Source: Vicinamibacteria bacterium (GTDB lineage Bacteria; Acidobacteriota; Vicinamibacteria; Marinacidobacterales; Marinacidobacteraceae). Taken from it: 64,000 bases of DNA. The stretch is from assembly GCA_965199715.1 (NCBI GenBank), contig OZ241322.1, forward strand, positions 992,001 to 1,056,000, in the 5' to 3' direction. The position numbers and the translations under genes were made by a program. The notes under the pieces are model-generated. The model saw nothing but the letters and a program-made list of their open reading frames with translations, did no database searches and had not been told where the DNA came from. This document shows, one piece after another, positions 1-9,882 of the stretch (position 1 is its first letter; every line of letters begins with the position of its first letter).

Positions 1-524
1 GCAACGTCACGCCGGACGAGGCGTCCGCGCACGTCGCCGGCTACACGATCGGCAACGACTTCGGGCTGCATGACTTCCGGGACGCCGACGCCGGCTCCAT
101 GCTCCGGGTGAAGGGCGCCGACACGCTCTGCCCGGTGCTCGACCGGGTCGTCCGCGACTGGGACGTCCGGGGCCGCCGCATCCGGACGCTCGTGAACGGC
201 GAGGTTCGTCAGGACGGCGACACCCGCGAGATGCAGTGGGATCCCTGCTACCTCGTCGCCGATCTGTCGCGGACCCACACGCTGCTGCCGGGCGACCTCG
301 TGTTCACCGGGACTCCGGCCGGTTCGCGCCCGGTCGCGCCGGGGGACCGGGTCACGGTCGAGGTGGAGGGGCTCGGCGCGCTGAGCAATCCGATTGTCGA
401 GGGCGAGACCGGGATTCCCGGGGAGTTCGGGGCGCAGCCCACCGAATCGGAGGAGGTCCGCTCGACCGCGCTCGGCGGCGACTGGGAGTTCCGGGGAGTC
501 CGGCCGCCGAGGGCGGCGCGATGA
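1..524 (+). CDS. Fumarylacetoacetate hydrolase family protein (5' partial)
   Basis: Frame is open from the window edge: VAGYTIGNDFG...KGADTLCP...LLPGDLVFTGTPAG, typical FAH-fold motifs. Confidence 0.9.
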   Translation, partial: NVTPDEASAHVAGYTIGNDFGLHDFRDADAGSMLRVKGADTLCPVLDRVVRDWDVRGRRIRTLVNGEVRQDGDTREMQWDPCYLVADLSRTHTLLPGDLVFTGTPAGSRPVAPGDRVTVEVEGLGALSNPIVEGETGIPGEFGAQPTESEEVRSTALGGDWEFRGVRPPRAAR

Positions 525-1270
525 GCCGTCCGCGCATCGGTCTCGGGGTGTGGAAGCGCCCGGTGCGCACGCCGGTCGGGGATCCCGAGGATCTCTACAC
601 GCTCGCGGTCGAGTACGTCGACGAAGTGCGCCAGGCCGGCGCGATTCCGCTGATGCTCCCCCCGATGGCCCCGGACCGGGCGCCCGAGGTCGTGGCGGCG
701 CTCGACGGGCTCGTGCTGACCGGCGGCGGAGACTTCGAGCCGTCGTCCTACACCGACGACGACGAGGGCGTGAGCGCGGACCTCGATCCAGAGCAGGACG
801 CCTGGGACCTGGCGCTCGCGCTCGCCGCGAAGGAGGCCCGGCTTCCGTTCTTCGGGATCTGCCGGGGCATGCAGGCGCTCAACATCGCCCTCGGCGGCGC
901 GCTGATCCAGGACATCCGCGGCAAGGGGGACGTCCACCCGCCGATCCACGAGAAGCCCGCGGACGCGGCGGCGTTCCGGCATCCGGTGCGCATCGCGCCC
1001 GGGAGCCGGCTCGCCGCCGTGCTCGGCTCGCTCGACCGGTCGGTGAACAGCATCCACCACCAGGCGGTCGGGACGCTGGGCGCCGGGCTGACCCCGGTGG
1101 CCTGGGCGCCGGACGGGGTCGTCGAGGGGATCGAATACGAGGGCGACTGGTCCGCCATCGCGGTCCAGTGGCATCCCGAGCGCACCGGACACACGCTCGA
1201 CCAGCTCCTGTTCGCCGATCTGGCGCGGCGGGCGCGGGAGCGCCGGGCGGCTACAGCAGGCCGAGCTTGA
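521..1270 (+). CDS. Gamma-glutamyl-gamma-aminobutyrate hydrolase family (peptidase C26) amidotransferase
   Basis: LDGLVLTGGGD, GICRGMQ nucleophile elbow, VNSIHHQ, VQWHPE; ATGA overlap with the upstream gene. Confidence 0.9.
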   Translation: MSRPRIGLGVWKRPVRTPVGDPEDLYTLAVEYVDEVRQAGAIPLMLPPMAPDRAPEVVAALDGLVLTGGGDFEPSSYTDDDEGVSADLDPEQDAWDLALALAAKEARLPFFGICRGMQALNIALGGALIQDIRGKGDVHPPIHEKPADAAAFRHPVRIAPGSRLAAVLGSLDRSVNSIHHQAVGTLGAGLTPVAWAPDGVVEGIEYEGDWSAIAVQWHPERTGHTLDQLLFADLARRARERRAATAGRA

Positions 1271-1568
1271 GCTTGGCCGCGTCCCCCATCATGTCGGGGT
1301 TCCACGGCGGCTCCCACACCAGATCCACCTTGACCTTCCTCACGCCGGAGACCCGGCCGACCTTCTGCTCCACCTCGGGCGGAAGGGTTCCCGCCACCGG
1401 GCAGGCGGGCGAGGTCAGCGTCATCTCGACGGCCACGTCGCCGCCGTCGGCCACGTCCACCTTGTACACGAGGCCGAGCTCGTAGATGTCCACCGGGATC
1501 TCGGGGTCGTAGCAGGTCTTCAGCGCATCCACCACGTCGGCGTGGATGCGTTCCTCGGTTTCGGTCAC
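1251..1568 (-). CDS. sufT: SUF-associated DUF59 Fe-S maturation protein
   Basis: DPEIPVDIYELGLVY, MTLTSPACP, VWEPPW motifs; last gene of the suf operon. Confidence 0.9.
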   Translation of the reverse strand: MTETEERIHADVVDALKTCYDPEIPVDIYELGLVYKVDVADGGDVAVEMTLTSPACPVAGTLPPEVEQKVGRVSGVRKVKVDLVWEPPWNPDMMGDAAKLKLGLL

Positions 1569-1578
1569 GGGCGCCCTC

Positions 1579-2037
1579 CTATTCGGTGCGGACCGTCTCG
1601 TCGCGCCGTTCGACGGCGGCGGCGAGCGTGTGCCAGGCCAGCGTCGCGCACTTGACCCGCGCCGGATAGTCCCGGACGCCGGCGAACACCACGAGCTTCC
1701 CCAGCTTCTCCTCGTCCGGCTCGGCCTCGCCGGAGACCATGCGCCGGAATTCCTCGACCAGCGCGAGCGCCTCGGCTTCGGGGAGCCCCTTCGCCGTTTC
1801 GGTCAGGAGCGACGCCGACGCGGTGGAGATCGCGCATCCGTCGCCGACGAAGGACGCGCCGACCACTCGCCCCTCCTCCACCTCGAGATAGAGCCGCAGC
1901 CGGTCTCCGCACAGCGGGTTGAACCCCGCCGCCTCCCGGTTGGAGCTTTCGAGCGAACCGAAATTCCGGGGCCGGCGGCCGTGGTCGAGGATGACCTCCC
2001 GGTAGAGATCGCGGACCGGGTCGGAGAAGCCGCTCAT
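1579..2037 (-). CDS. sufU: SUF system NifU-like sulfur-transfer/scaffold protein
   Basis: LYREVILDH, NPLCGD, GCAISTASAS, RVKCATLAW. Confidence 0.92.
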   Translation of the reverse strand: MSGFSDPVRDLYREVILDHGRRPRNFGSLESSNREAAGFNPLCGDRLRLYLEVEEGRVVGASFVGDGCAISTASASLLTETAKGLPEAEALALVEEFRRMVSGEAEPDEEKLGKLVVFAGVRDYPARVKCATLAWHTLAAAVERRDETVRTE

Positions 2038-3260
2038 CCGCGGAACACCCCGATCGCCGACCGCAGCCCGTCGGCGAGCCGCTCGACCTCGTCGTGGGTG
2101 TTGTAGAGGCCGAAGGAGGCGCGGGCGGTCGCGGGGACGCCGAACCGCTCCATGAGCGGCTGCGCGCAGTGGTGGCCGGTGCGCACCGCGATCCCCTGCT
2201 GGTCCAGCAGCGTCCCGAGGTCGTGGGGATGCACGTCCTCCACGACGAACGAGACGACCGCCCCCTTCTTCGCGGCCGTTCCCACGATCCGAAGCCCCTC
2301 TATTTCGGAGAGAAGCTCCTCGGCGCGCTCCCGCAGCCGGTCCTCGTGCGCCCCGATGGCCGGGAGCCCCAGCTCGTCGAGGTAGTCGGCGGCGGCGGCG
2401 AGTCCCACCGGGCCCACGATGTTCGGCGTGCCGGCCTCGAACCGCGCCGGCGGCTCGGCGTAGGTCGTCTCCTTGAAGCTGACGCTGCGGATCATCTCGC
2501 CGCCTCCCTGCCAGGGCGGCATCTCGCGGAGCAGCTCGCGGCGGCCCCACAGCGCACCGATCCCGGACGGACCGTACATCTTGTGGCCGGAGACCGCGTA
2601 GAAGTCGCAGCCGAGTTCGCCCACGTCGAGCGGGAGGTGGGGAGCGGCCTGGGCGCCGTCCACGACCACCAGCGCTCCGCGCTCCTTCGCCATGCGCGCG
2701 ATGCGGGCGACCGGATTGATGGTTCCGAGCGCGTTCGAGACGTGGACCACCGACACGATGCGGGTGCGATCGGAGAGGAGGTCGGCGAAGGCTTCCAGGT
2801 CCAGCTCGCCGGAGTCCGTCACCGGGATCACGCGAATCCGGGCGCCGGTCCGCTCGGCGACGAGCTGCCAGGGCACGATGTTGGAGTGGTGCTCCATGCC
2901 GGTCAGCAGCACCTCGTCCCCCGCCCCGAGCACCATGCTCCCGAGCGAGGAGGCGACGAGGTTCAGCCCCTCGGTGGCGCTGCGGACGAAGACGACCTCG
3001 TCGGCGACGGACGCGCCGATGAAGTGGGCCATCCGCTTCCGCGAGGCCTCGTAGGCCCCGGTGGCCCGCTCCGAGAGCAGGTGGACGCCCCGGTGCACGT
3101 TGGCGTAGCCGTGCCGATAGACCTCCTCCATCGCGTCGAGGACCTGGACCGGCTTCTGGGCGCTGGCGGCGTTGTCGAGGTAGGCCAGCGGCCGGCCCCG
3201 GACCGACTCGGCGAGGATCGGGAAGTCCGCCCGCGCCCGGGCCACGTCGTACCCGCTCAT
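2034..3260 (-). CDS. sufS: Cysteine desulfurase SufS
   Basis: YLDNAAS, SGHKMYGP (PLP Lys), RTGHHCAQPL. Confidence 0.95.
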   Translation of the reverse strand: MSGYDVARARADFPILAESVRGRPLAYLDNAASAQKPVQVLDAMEEVYRHGYANVHRGVHLLSERATGAYEASRKRMAHFIGASVADEVVFVRSATEGLNLVASSLGSMVLGAGDEVLLTGMEHHSNIVPWQLVAERTGARIRVIPVTDSGELDLEAFADLLSDRTRIVSVVHVSNALGTINPVARIARMAKERGALVVVDGAQAAPHLPLDVGELGCDFYAVSGHKMYGPSGIGALWGRRELLREMPPWQGGGEMIRSVSFKETTYAEPPARFEAGTPNIVGPVGLAAAADYLDELGLPAIGAHEDRLRERAEELLSEIEGLRIVGTAAKKGAVVSFVVEDVHPHDLGTLLDQQGIAVRTGHHCAQPLMERFGVPATARASFGLYNTHDEVERLADGLRSAIGVFRG

Positions 3261-4462
3261 GCGGCGCGTTCCAGGCTCGCGCGGACCCTGGCGAGCGCCG
3301 CGCCGGCGAGCGCGCGAATCGGCTCCTCGGGAATCTTGTCGACGAGCTCGCCGGCGAACGCCCGCACGAGCATCTCGCGGGAGTCGAGACGGCCGAGCCC
3401 CCGCGAGCGCAGGTAGAACAGCGCGTCCGGGTCCAGCTTGCCGATCGCCGCGCCGTGGGCGCACTTCACGTCGTCGGCGTGGATCTCGAGGCCCGGGTGG
3501 GTGTGGACGCGGGCGTCTCCGGAAAGCAGCAGGTTCCGGTTCGACTGGCTGGCGTCCGAGCCGATGGCTCCGTGGGCGACGACGACCTTGCCGTCGAACA
3601 CCGCGCTGGACTTGTCGGCGAGCACGTTCTTGAAGAGTTGCCGGCTCGTCGTGTGGCGCGCCTCGTGGACCGCGAGCGTGTGCTGGTCGGCCTTCGCCGC
3701 GCCGACTCCGAGGAAGAGCCCCTCGAGATCGATCTCCGCCCCCGCCTCGGCGAGCAGCGCGACGGCGTCGGTGCGCGACACGCCGCCGGTCAGCGACAGC
3801 GCCGTGGAGTGCGCCCGGGCGTCCCGGCCCAGTTGGAACGTGACCCGCCCGGTGTGGGCGATGGCGCCGGTCTCGAGCTCGACCCGCACGTAGCGGAGCC
3901 GGGCGTTGTCGCCGACCCGGCAGACCGTGGCGGCGTTCGTCCAGCCGGGATCGGCGCAGGCGCCGTCGTGCGCCTCGACGACCGTGAGGCTCGCGCCGGG
4001 CTCCACCTCGATGAGCGAACGCGGGTGCAGCATCGCCGAGCCGCCGGCGCTCCGGCGGGAGTACAGCAGCACCGGCCCCGCCTCCCGGCCCCGGGCGAGG
4101 CGGACCCGGAAACCGCAGTCGGAGAGCCCCTCGCCGAGCGCGTCGAGCGGACCGGGGGCGGGCGTCGCGGCCGGGTCCGACGCCGCGGCCGAGACGCTCA
4201 GCCCGTCCGCGTCGCGCTCCGGAGTGAGCGGAACGCCGTCGCCGAGGATCGCGCGGCGTTCGAAGCCCTCGGTCCACGCCGGCGGCGCGGCCGGCTCCGA
4301 GGGGAGGCGCGTCCATGCGACCTTGCCGAGCCCGTCGAGGCCGGAGAAGCGCCAATCCTCGCGCCGCGCGGTCGGGAATCCCCCGGCGGCGAAGAAGTCC
4401 CGCACGCGGGCGCGGCGCTCGGGGCTGCCCGCCGGGACCTGCCCGAGGTAGTGCGCTTCCAA
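3257..4462 (-). CDS. sufD: Fe-S cluster assembly protein SufD
   Basis: EDWRFS, LEIHADDVKCAHGAAIG, LFYLRSRG; TTG start estimated. Confidence 0.9.
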   Translation of the reverse strand: MEAHYLGQVPAGSPERRARVRDFFAAGGFPTARREDWRFSGLDGLGKVAWTRLPSEPAAPPAWTEGFERRAILGDGVPLTPERDADGLSVSAAASDPAATPAPGPLDALGEGLSDCGFRVRLARGREAGPVLLYSRRSAGGSAMLHPRSLIEVEPGASLTVVEAHDGACADPGWTNAATVCRVGDNARLRYVRVELETGAIAHTGRVTFQLGRDARAHSTALSLTGGVSRTDAVALLAEAGAEIDLEGLFLGVGAAKADQHTLAVHEARHTTSRQLFKNVLADKSSAVFDGKVVVAHGAIGSDASQSNRNLLLSGDARVHTHPGLEIHADDVKCAHGAAIGKLDPDALFYLRSRGLGRLDSREMLVRAFAGELVDKIPEEPIRALAGAALARVRASLERAA

Positions 4463-4469
4463 GGGGGTC

Positions 4470-5219
4470 TCAGGCGGCGGACTTCCCGTACCCCACCGAC
4501 TCGATCCGCAGCGCGAGGCCGGGACCGCCGGACTCGACGATCCGGCCGTCCTGGAGGATGTGGACTCGATCCGGAACGATGTGGTTCAAGAGGCGCTGGT
4601 AGTGGGTGATGACGAGGAAGCTCCGCTCCGGCGAGCGCATCCGGTTGACTCCGTCGGCGACCACGCGCAGCGCGTCCACGTCGAGGCCGGAATCGGTCTC
4701 GTCCAGAACCGCCAGCGTGGGTTCCAACACGCTCATCTGGAGGATCTCGTTCCGCTTCTTCTCGCCGCCGGAGAAGCCCTCGTTCACCGGCCGCTTGATG
4801 AGGTCGGGGCTCAGGTCGAGCCGCTTCACCCGTTCGCGAATCAGGCCGAGGAAATCCACGGCGTCCAGCTCCGGCTGGCCCCGGTGCTTGCGGACCTCGT
4901 TCACCGCGGCCTTCAGGAAGTACGTGTTGTTCACGCCGGGGATCTCGACCGGGTACTGGAAGGCGAGGAAGACGCCCTTCCGCGCCCGGGTCTCGGGTTC
5001 GAGGTCGCCGAGATCCTCGCCCCGGAACCGGATCGTCCCGGCGGTGACCTCGTAGCCCTCACGGCCGGCGATCACGTTGGCCAGCGTGCTCTTGCCCGAG
5101 CCGTTCGGGCCCATGACGGCGTGGACCTCGCCGGCGGGAACCTCGAGGTCCACGCCCAGGAGAATCTCCTTTCCGCCGACCGAGACGCGGAGGCCCTCGA
5201 TCTCGAGCAGGGCGCTCAT
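4470..5219 (-). CDS. sufC: Fe-S cluster assembly ABC ATPase SufC
   Basis: [39 protein letters not shown]. Confidence 0.96.
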   Translation of the reverse strand: MSALLEIEGLRVSVGGKEILLGVDLEVPAGEVHAVMGPNGSGKSTLANVIAGREGYEVTAGTIRFRGEDLGDLEPETRARKGVFLAFQYPVEIPGVNNTYFLKAAVNEVRKHRGQPELDAVDFLGLIRERVKRLDLSPDLIKRPVNEGFSGGEKKRNEILQMSVLEPTLAVLDETDSGLDVDALRVVADGVNRMRSPERSFLVITHYQRLLNHIVPDRVHILQDGRIVESGGPGLALRIESVGYGKSAA

Positions 5220-6688
5220 CCGACCGCGCCCTCGAGGCTCACGCCGAGCAGCTTCTGCGCCTCGACCGCGAACTCCATCGGCAGCTCGGAAAGCACGTCG
5301 CGGGCGAACCCGTTCACGATCAGGGACACGGCTTCCTCCGGGTCGATGCCGCGCTGGCGGCAGTAGAAGAGCTGGTCCTCGCCGATTCGGGAGGTGGACG
5401 CCTCGTGCTCGAGCTGGGCCTCCGGGTTCGCCACGTCGATGTACGGGACGGTGTGCGCCCCCGAATCGGGCCCGATGAGGAGAGAGTCGCACTGCGAGAA
5501 ATTGCGCGCGCCCGACGCCGCGGGCGTCACCTTGACCTGGCCCCGGTAGGTGTTTTGTCCGTGTCCGGCGGAAATCCCCTTCGAGATGATCGTGCTGCGG
5601 GTGTTCTTCCCGATGTGGATCATCTTGGTTCCGGTGTCGGCCTGCTGGCGGTTCGCGGTGATCGCGATCGAATGGAACTCGCCGACCGTGTCGTCGCCGA
5701 GCAGGATGCAGCTCGGATACTTCCAGGTGATCGCGGAGCCGGTCTCGACCTGCGTCCACGAGATGCGCGAGCGGTCGCCGAGGCACTTGCCGCGTTTGGT
5801 CACGAAGTTGTAGACGCCGCCCTTGCCGTCCTTGTCGCCGGGGTACCAGTTCTGGACCGTGGAGTACTTGATGCGGGCGTCGTCGAGGGCCACCAGCTCG
5901 ACGACGGCGGCGTGAAGCTGGTTCTCGTCGCGCATCGGGGCGGTGCAGCCCTCGAGGTAGCTCACGTACGAGCCCTCGTCGGCCACGATGAGCGTCCGCT
6001 CGAACTGGCCGGTGTCGGAGGCGTTGATGCGGAAGTACGTCGAAAGCTCCATCGGGCAGCGCACGCCCTTCGGGATGTATACGAAGGAGCCGTCCGAGAA
6101 GACCGCCGAGTTGAGGCAGGCGAAGAAGTTGTCCGAGTGGGGCACCACCGAGCCGAGGTACTTGCGAACGAGATCGGGGTGCTCGCGGACGGCCTCCGAG
6201 AAACTGCAGAAGATGACCCCCATCTCCGCCAGCTTCTCCTTGAACGTCGTGGCCACGGAGACGCTGTCGAAGACGGCGTCGACGGCCACGCCGGCGAGGC
6301 GCTGCTGCTCGACGAGGGGGATTCCGAGCTTCTCGTAGGTGCGCCGCAGCTCCGGATCCACGTCGTCGAGGGTCTTCGGGCCGTCCTTGACCGCGCTCTT
6401 GGGAGCCGCGTAGTAGCTGATGGCGTCGTAGTCGATGGGCGGATACGAGACCCTGGCCCAGTTGGGCTCGGTCATCTCCTTCCAGATCCGGTACGCCCGG
6501 AGCCGCCATTCGAGCAGCCACTCCGGCTCCTCCTTCTTCGCCGAGATCAGCCGGACGACGTCCTCCGAGAGGCCGGGCGGGACGCGCTCGGTCTCGATGT
6601 CGGTGACGAAGCCGTAGGCGTACTCGCGCTCGACGAGTTCCTCCACCTCGGCCGCGCCGAGCGATCGCCGTTGGTCGGGCATGGTCAC
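5216..6688 (-). CDS. sufB: Fe-S cluster assembly protein SufB
   Basis: [39 protein letters not shown]; start is GTG 6688 or ATG 6682. Confidence 0.96.
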   Translation of the reverse strand: MTMPDQRRSLGAAEVEELVEREYAYGFVTDIETERVPPGLSEDVVRLISAKKEEPEWLLEWRLRAYRIWKEMTEPNWARVSYPPIDYDAISYYAAPKSAVKDGPKTLDDVDPELRRTYEKLGIPLVEQQRLAGVAVDAVFDSVSVATTFKEKLAEMGVIFCSFSEAVREHPDLVRKYLGSVVPHSDNFFACLNSAVFSDGSFVYIPKGVRCPMELSTYFRINASDTGQFERTLIVADEGSYVSYLEGCTAPMRDENQLHAAVVELVALDDARIKYSTVQNWYPGDKDGKGGVYNFVTKRGKCLGDRSRISWTQVETGSAITWKYPSCILLGDDTVGEFHSIAITANRQQADTGTKMIHIGKNTRSTIISKGISAGHGQNTYRGQVKVTPAASGARNFSQCDSLLIGPDSGAHTVPYIDVANPEAQLEHEASTSRIGEDQLFYCRQRGIDPEEAVSLIVNGFARDVLSELPMEFAVEAQKLLGVSLEGAVG

Positions 6689-7131
6689 TGGAGCGCCGGA
6701 AGCTCGCGTCCGGGCGGGCGCGGCTCGAAGTCCTCGAGCAGGCCGGCGAGGGTCAGCCCGGACAGGGTCTCGAGCAGGCGTTCGTGGACCCGCGCCAGCG
6801 GCGTGCGCACCGAGCAGGTGGGCGTGAGCTCGCAGGCGCAGTCGTCGAGGAGGCACTCCACGAGGGCGAGCGGTCCCTCCACCGACTCGATCACTTCGCG
6901 GATGCGGATCTCGGCGGGGGGACGGGCGAGCCGGTAGCCGCCCCGCATCCCCTGTCGCGTGGCCAGAATCCCGCTCCGGCGCAGGCCCTGGAGCGTCTTG
7001 GCCGCGAGCTCGGGCGGAAGGCGGTGGCTCTCCGCCACCCTTCGGGCGCTCAGGGTCTCGCCTTCGGGGAGCATGGCGAGATCGGACAGGGCCATGAGGG
7101 CGTAGTCGGTGCTCCGGGAGAGGCGGATCAT
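6685..7131 (-). CDS. Rrf2 family (IscR/SufR-like) transcriptional regulator
   Basis: [26 protein letters not shown], Cys cluster [14 protein letters not shown]; first gene of the suf operon. Confidence 0.92.
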   Translation of the reverse strand: MIRLSRSTDYALMALSDLAMLPEGETLSARRVAESHRLPPELAAKTLQGLRRSGILATRQGMRGGYRLARPPAEIRIREVIESVEGPLALVECLLDDCACELTPTCSVRTPLARVHERLLETLSGLTLAGLLEDFEPRPPGRELPALQ

Positions 7132-7200
7132 GTTGGGGGTCAACCGGCCTCGGCGAGGGGTCGGCGGCGCGCGGCCGCCGGACGGGAACTCGGCTTCGCT

Positions 7201-7229
7201 AAATCCGACTGATTGACTCGCACATTCTA
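7201..7229 (-). promoter_or_regulatory. suf promoter -10 (TAGAAT, 7224-7229) with overlapping IscR type-1-like operator (7201-7225)
   Basis: AAATCCGACTGATTGACTCGCACAT has the GAC-N6-ACTC core and spacing of IscR type-1 boxes; AT-rich patch ~70-95 nt upstream of the Rrf2 start. Confidence 0.55.
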
Positions 7230-8549
7230 GCGCACCCGCGGGCCGCGGCGGGGCGCGACCCGTCGCGCCGGCGCGATTTCCGCCAGGTACCGGGCCCGAA
7301 GCGCTTCGACCGCGATCCGCGTCGCCATCGCCAGCCGGGCGTTCGAGCCTCCCCCGCCCGTCGGCTCGCCGACGCGGAATTGCCCCTGCATCCACAGGTC
7401 CCCGAGCAGTCCGCCGGTGTCGGTGAGCGACAGCAAGCGCCGGTCCGACGCGAGCGACTCGCACCGGGAATGGCCGCTGTCGTCGCGCCAGAGCACCTGC
7501 ACTTCGGCGGGGCGCAGCGAGTTCAGGAAGGAGGGCGAGTGGGTCGTCGCGAGAACCTGGGTCGAACGGGCGGCCTCGCGGCATTCCTCGCCCAGGTCCT
7601 GAAGGAGCCGCGGATGGAGGAAGTTCTCCGGCTCCTCCATTCCGATGAACGGAGGCGGCGCCGGGTCGCGGAGCAGGATCAGGTACGCGAGCAGCTTCAG
7701 CGTGCCGTCCGACGCGAACCGGGCCATGATCGGCTCGGAGAAGGGCGCGTCCTTGAGCACGAGGAGAAGCCGCCCGGCCGCGGCGCGGCGCGCTTGGGCC
7801 GATTCGAGTCGGGGCACTCGCTCGCGGAGCGCGGACAGGAGGAGCCTCAGACGCTCCGGCTCCGCTTCCTGCAGATGCTGGATCACGTTCGCGAGGTTGT
7901 GGCCAGTTCGGCTGAGCCGGGGCTGCGGCCCCGCCTCGGGCTGGCCGCGCGCCTCGGCGGTGGAGAACGACGAGAGGTGCCAGCCCCTGATGAAGTCGCG
8001 CAGCGCCACGACGCGCGGGTTGTTCGCCAGTTGGCCGAACGCGCCGACGGCGAGCATGTCCGGGGAGCTGAGCTGGATGTGCGCCCGCGGGTGCGTGAAG
8101 TCGGGCAACTCCTCGGAGACGAGGCTCCCCTTGCCCTGCGCGTAGCTGAGGAAGTCGAGGGGCTGCGCGTGGGTCTCGCGGCGCCACCGGAGCCACTCGT
8201 TCACGACGATCGGACGCCCTTCGCGCTCGTCCACTTCGAGACGGTAGGTGATGAGCGGGAACTGCGGGCGCTCCCGATAGGCGAGCTCGATCCGGACCGG
8301 GCCCTCGGCGCCTCTCGTCTTCAGCGCCGCGTTTCGTCCGCGCCGCTCCCACGCGCGCGACAGGCCGTCGTCGAAACATTCCGACAGGAAGGCGAACACG
8401 TCCACGAGCGTGGACTTCCCGCTGCCGTTCGGCCCCACGAGCACCGTGAGGGGCTCGATGTCGCGGATCTCGAGGTCGTGGAGCGCACGGTAGTTCTGGA
8501 CTCGAATCGCCTCGATGCGGATGGGATCGGGGCGCGGAGGCGCGTTCAT
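7227..8549 (-). CDS. Predicted ABC/SMC-like ATPase (AAA_21-type)
   Basis: [18 protein letters not shown] Walker A, ASDGTLK signature, MEEPENFLHP Walker B, TTHSP. Confidence 0.85.
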   Translation of the reverse strand: MNAPPRPDPIRIEAIRVQNYRALHDLEIRDIEPLTVLVGPNGSGKSTLVDVFAFLSECFDDGLSRAWERRGRNAALKTRGAEGPVRIELAYRERPQFPLITYRLEVDEREGRPIVVNEWLRWRRETHAQPLDFLSYAQGKGSLVSEELPDFTHPRAHIQLSSPDMLAVGAFGQLANNPRVVALRDFIRGWHLSSFSTAEARGQPEAGPQPRLSRTGHNLANVIQHLQEAEPERLRLLLSALRERVPRLESAQARRAAAGRLLLVLKDAPFSEPIMARFASDGTLKLLAYLILLRDPAPPPFIGMEEPENFLHPRLLQDLGEECREAARSTQVLATTHSPSFLNSLRPAEVQVLWRDDSGHSRCESLASDRRLLSLTDTGGLLGDLWMQGQFRVGEPTGGGGSNARLAMATRIAVEALRARYLAEIAPARRVAPRRGPRVR

Positions 8550-8938
8550 CGCGAGACCGCCGCGGCGGATCCGCACGGCGCCGGCGCCGGCGCCGGCGCC
8601 GGGATTCGATTGGACGTCATCGGGTTGCTGAGAATACCGCGCCGGCGTCCGTCCTCGCGCACGTCGGGAACCCGCGCCAGGCCGCCGCACGCGAAATCGC
8701 GGCTCGCCGGAGCCGCGAACCGTCGAGCTTCGCGGCGGGTTCCGCCGCGCCACGGTGCGGCGCGCGCCTTCGGACCCTGCTGCTCGTCCTCGTCACGCCA
8801 TTCCGGCGTGCGGGCCGGCGTTCGCGTCCGTGCCGCCGGGGGGCGGCGGGGGTCGGCGCGAGCAGGCGGCGGTCACGCCGGTTCTCGAGGATCGGGACGA
8901 GGACGAGATCGCCGCCGGCTGCGGGAGCCGCTGCGCGC

Positions 8939-9322
8939 CTAGCGCACCGCGATCGCGTCGATCTCGACGAGGAAGCCCTCGCCGGGGAGGCGGCCCGGCT
9001 CGATCGTGGTCCGCGCCGGGCGGTGGCCGTCGAACATCCGCTCGTACACCGCGTTCATCTCGGCGAACCGGTCCATGTCGGCGACGAACACGCCGCAACG
9101 GACCACCTTGTCGAGGCCCGAACCGGCCGCTTCGAGGATCGCCTTGACGTTCTTGAGCACCTGCTCGGTCTGGGCGGCCACGCCTTCCGGGGTCTCGCCG
9201 GTGGCGGGATCCACGCCCACCTGACCGGATACGAAGACGAGTCCGCAGCCGGCCGCGCCGGGGCTGTACGGGCCCGCCGGCTTCGGGAGATGCGCGCCGG
9301 CGATGAGTTTCAGGTCGTTCAT
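8939..9322 (-). CDS. RidA/YjgF family imine deaminase
   Basis: PAGPYSPG, FVSGQVG, PARTT, VEIDAIA. Confidence 0.92.
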   Translation of the reverse strand: MNDLKLIAGAHLPKPAGPYSPGAAGCGLVFVSGQVGVDPATGETPEGVAAQTEQVLKNVKAILEAAGSGLDKVVRCGVFVADMDRFAEMNAVYERMFDGHRPARTTIEPGRLPGEGFLVEIDAIAVR

Positions 9323-9882
9323 GGGATTCCTCCGCGCCGGACGTGCCGGCGCCGGATGACGCCCGGATCGGTCGGGTCGGGCAGCGGCGGGCCGGCCCGC
9401 CAGCGGTTCGGATCCACCGCCGGGAACCGCGCGACCGCCTGCCCGGAAGCGACCGGGATCGGGTCGGGGATGTGGGTGACGTCAAGAAAGTCCGCGCGCT
9501 CCATGGCTTCGAGATAGACGCGCTCGCCGCCGAGGAACCAGACGTCGCCCTCGGCGGCGGCGATCGCGTCGGCGAGCGAGGCGAAGCAGCGGGCGCCGGG
9601 AAGCTCCCGGCTCGTCAGGACGAAGTTCGTCCGACCGGGCACGGGGCGGCGGGGGACGTCCTCCCACGAGAGCCGTCCGAGGATGATCGTGCTGGCCCGG
9701 GTGAGCCGCCAGAGCCGCTTCACGTCCTTCGGCCGCCGCCACGGAATCCGCCCGTCCACCGCGAGGATCCCGCCCGCGGCCACTGCTGCGATGCTGGCCC
9801 GGAACGGCGACGGCGGAAGCACGTCGGGATCGGCCAGAAACTCCGCCACCGAAGCGGCGCTCCGGGGCCGGGGCCGCGTCAC
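9319..9882 (-). CDS. folA: Dihydrofolate reductase (divergent)
   Basis: DGRIPW..PKD, IILGRLSW, PVPGRTNFVLT, WFLGGERVY; GTGA overlap with thyA. Confidence 0.85.
   Translation of the reverse strand: MTRPRPRSAASVAEFLADPDVLPPSPFRASIAAVAAGGILAVDGRIPWRRPKDVKRLWRLTRASTIILGRLSWEDVPRRPVPGRTNFVLTSRELPGARCFASLADAIAAAEGDVWFLGGERVYLEAMERADFLDVTHIPDPIPVASGQAVARFPAVDPNRWRAGPPLPDPTDPGVIRRRHVRRGGIP

Noticed and set aside
8640-8938. Possible small gene or ncRNA between ridA and the ATPase
   Set aside because: No credible start/RBS or recognisable motif in any frame; may be decayed sequence but cannot be supported
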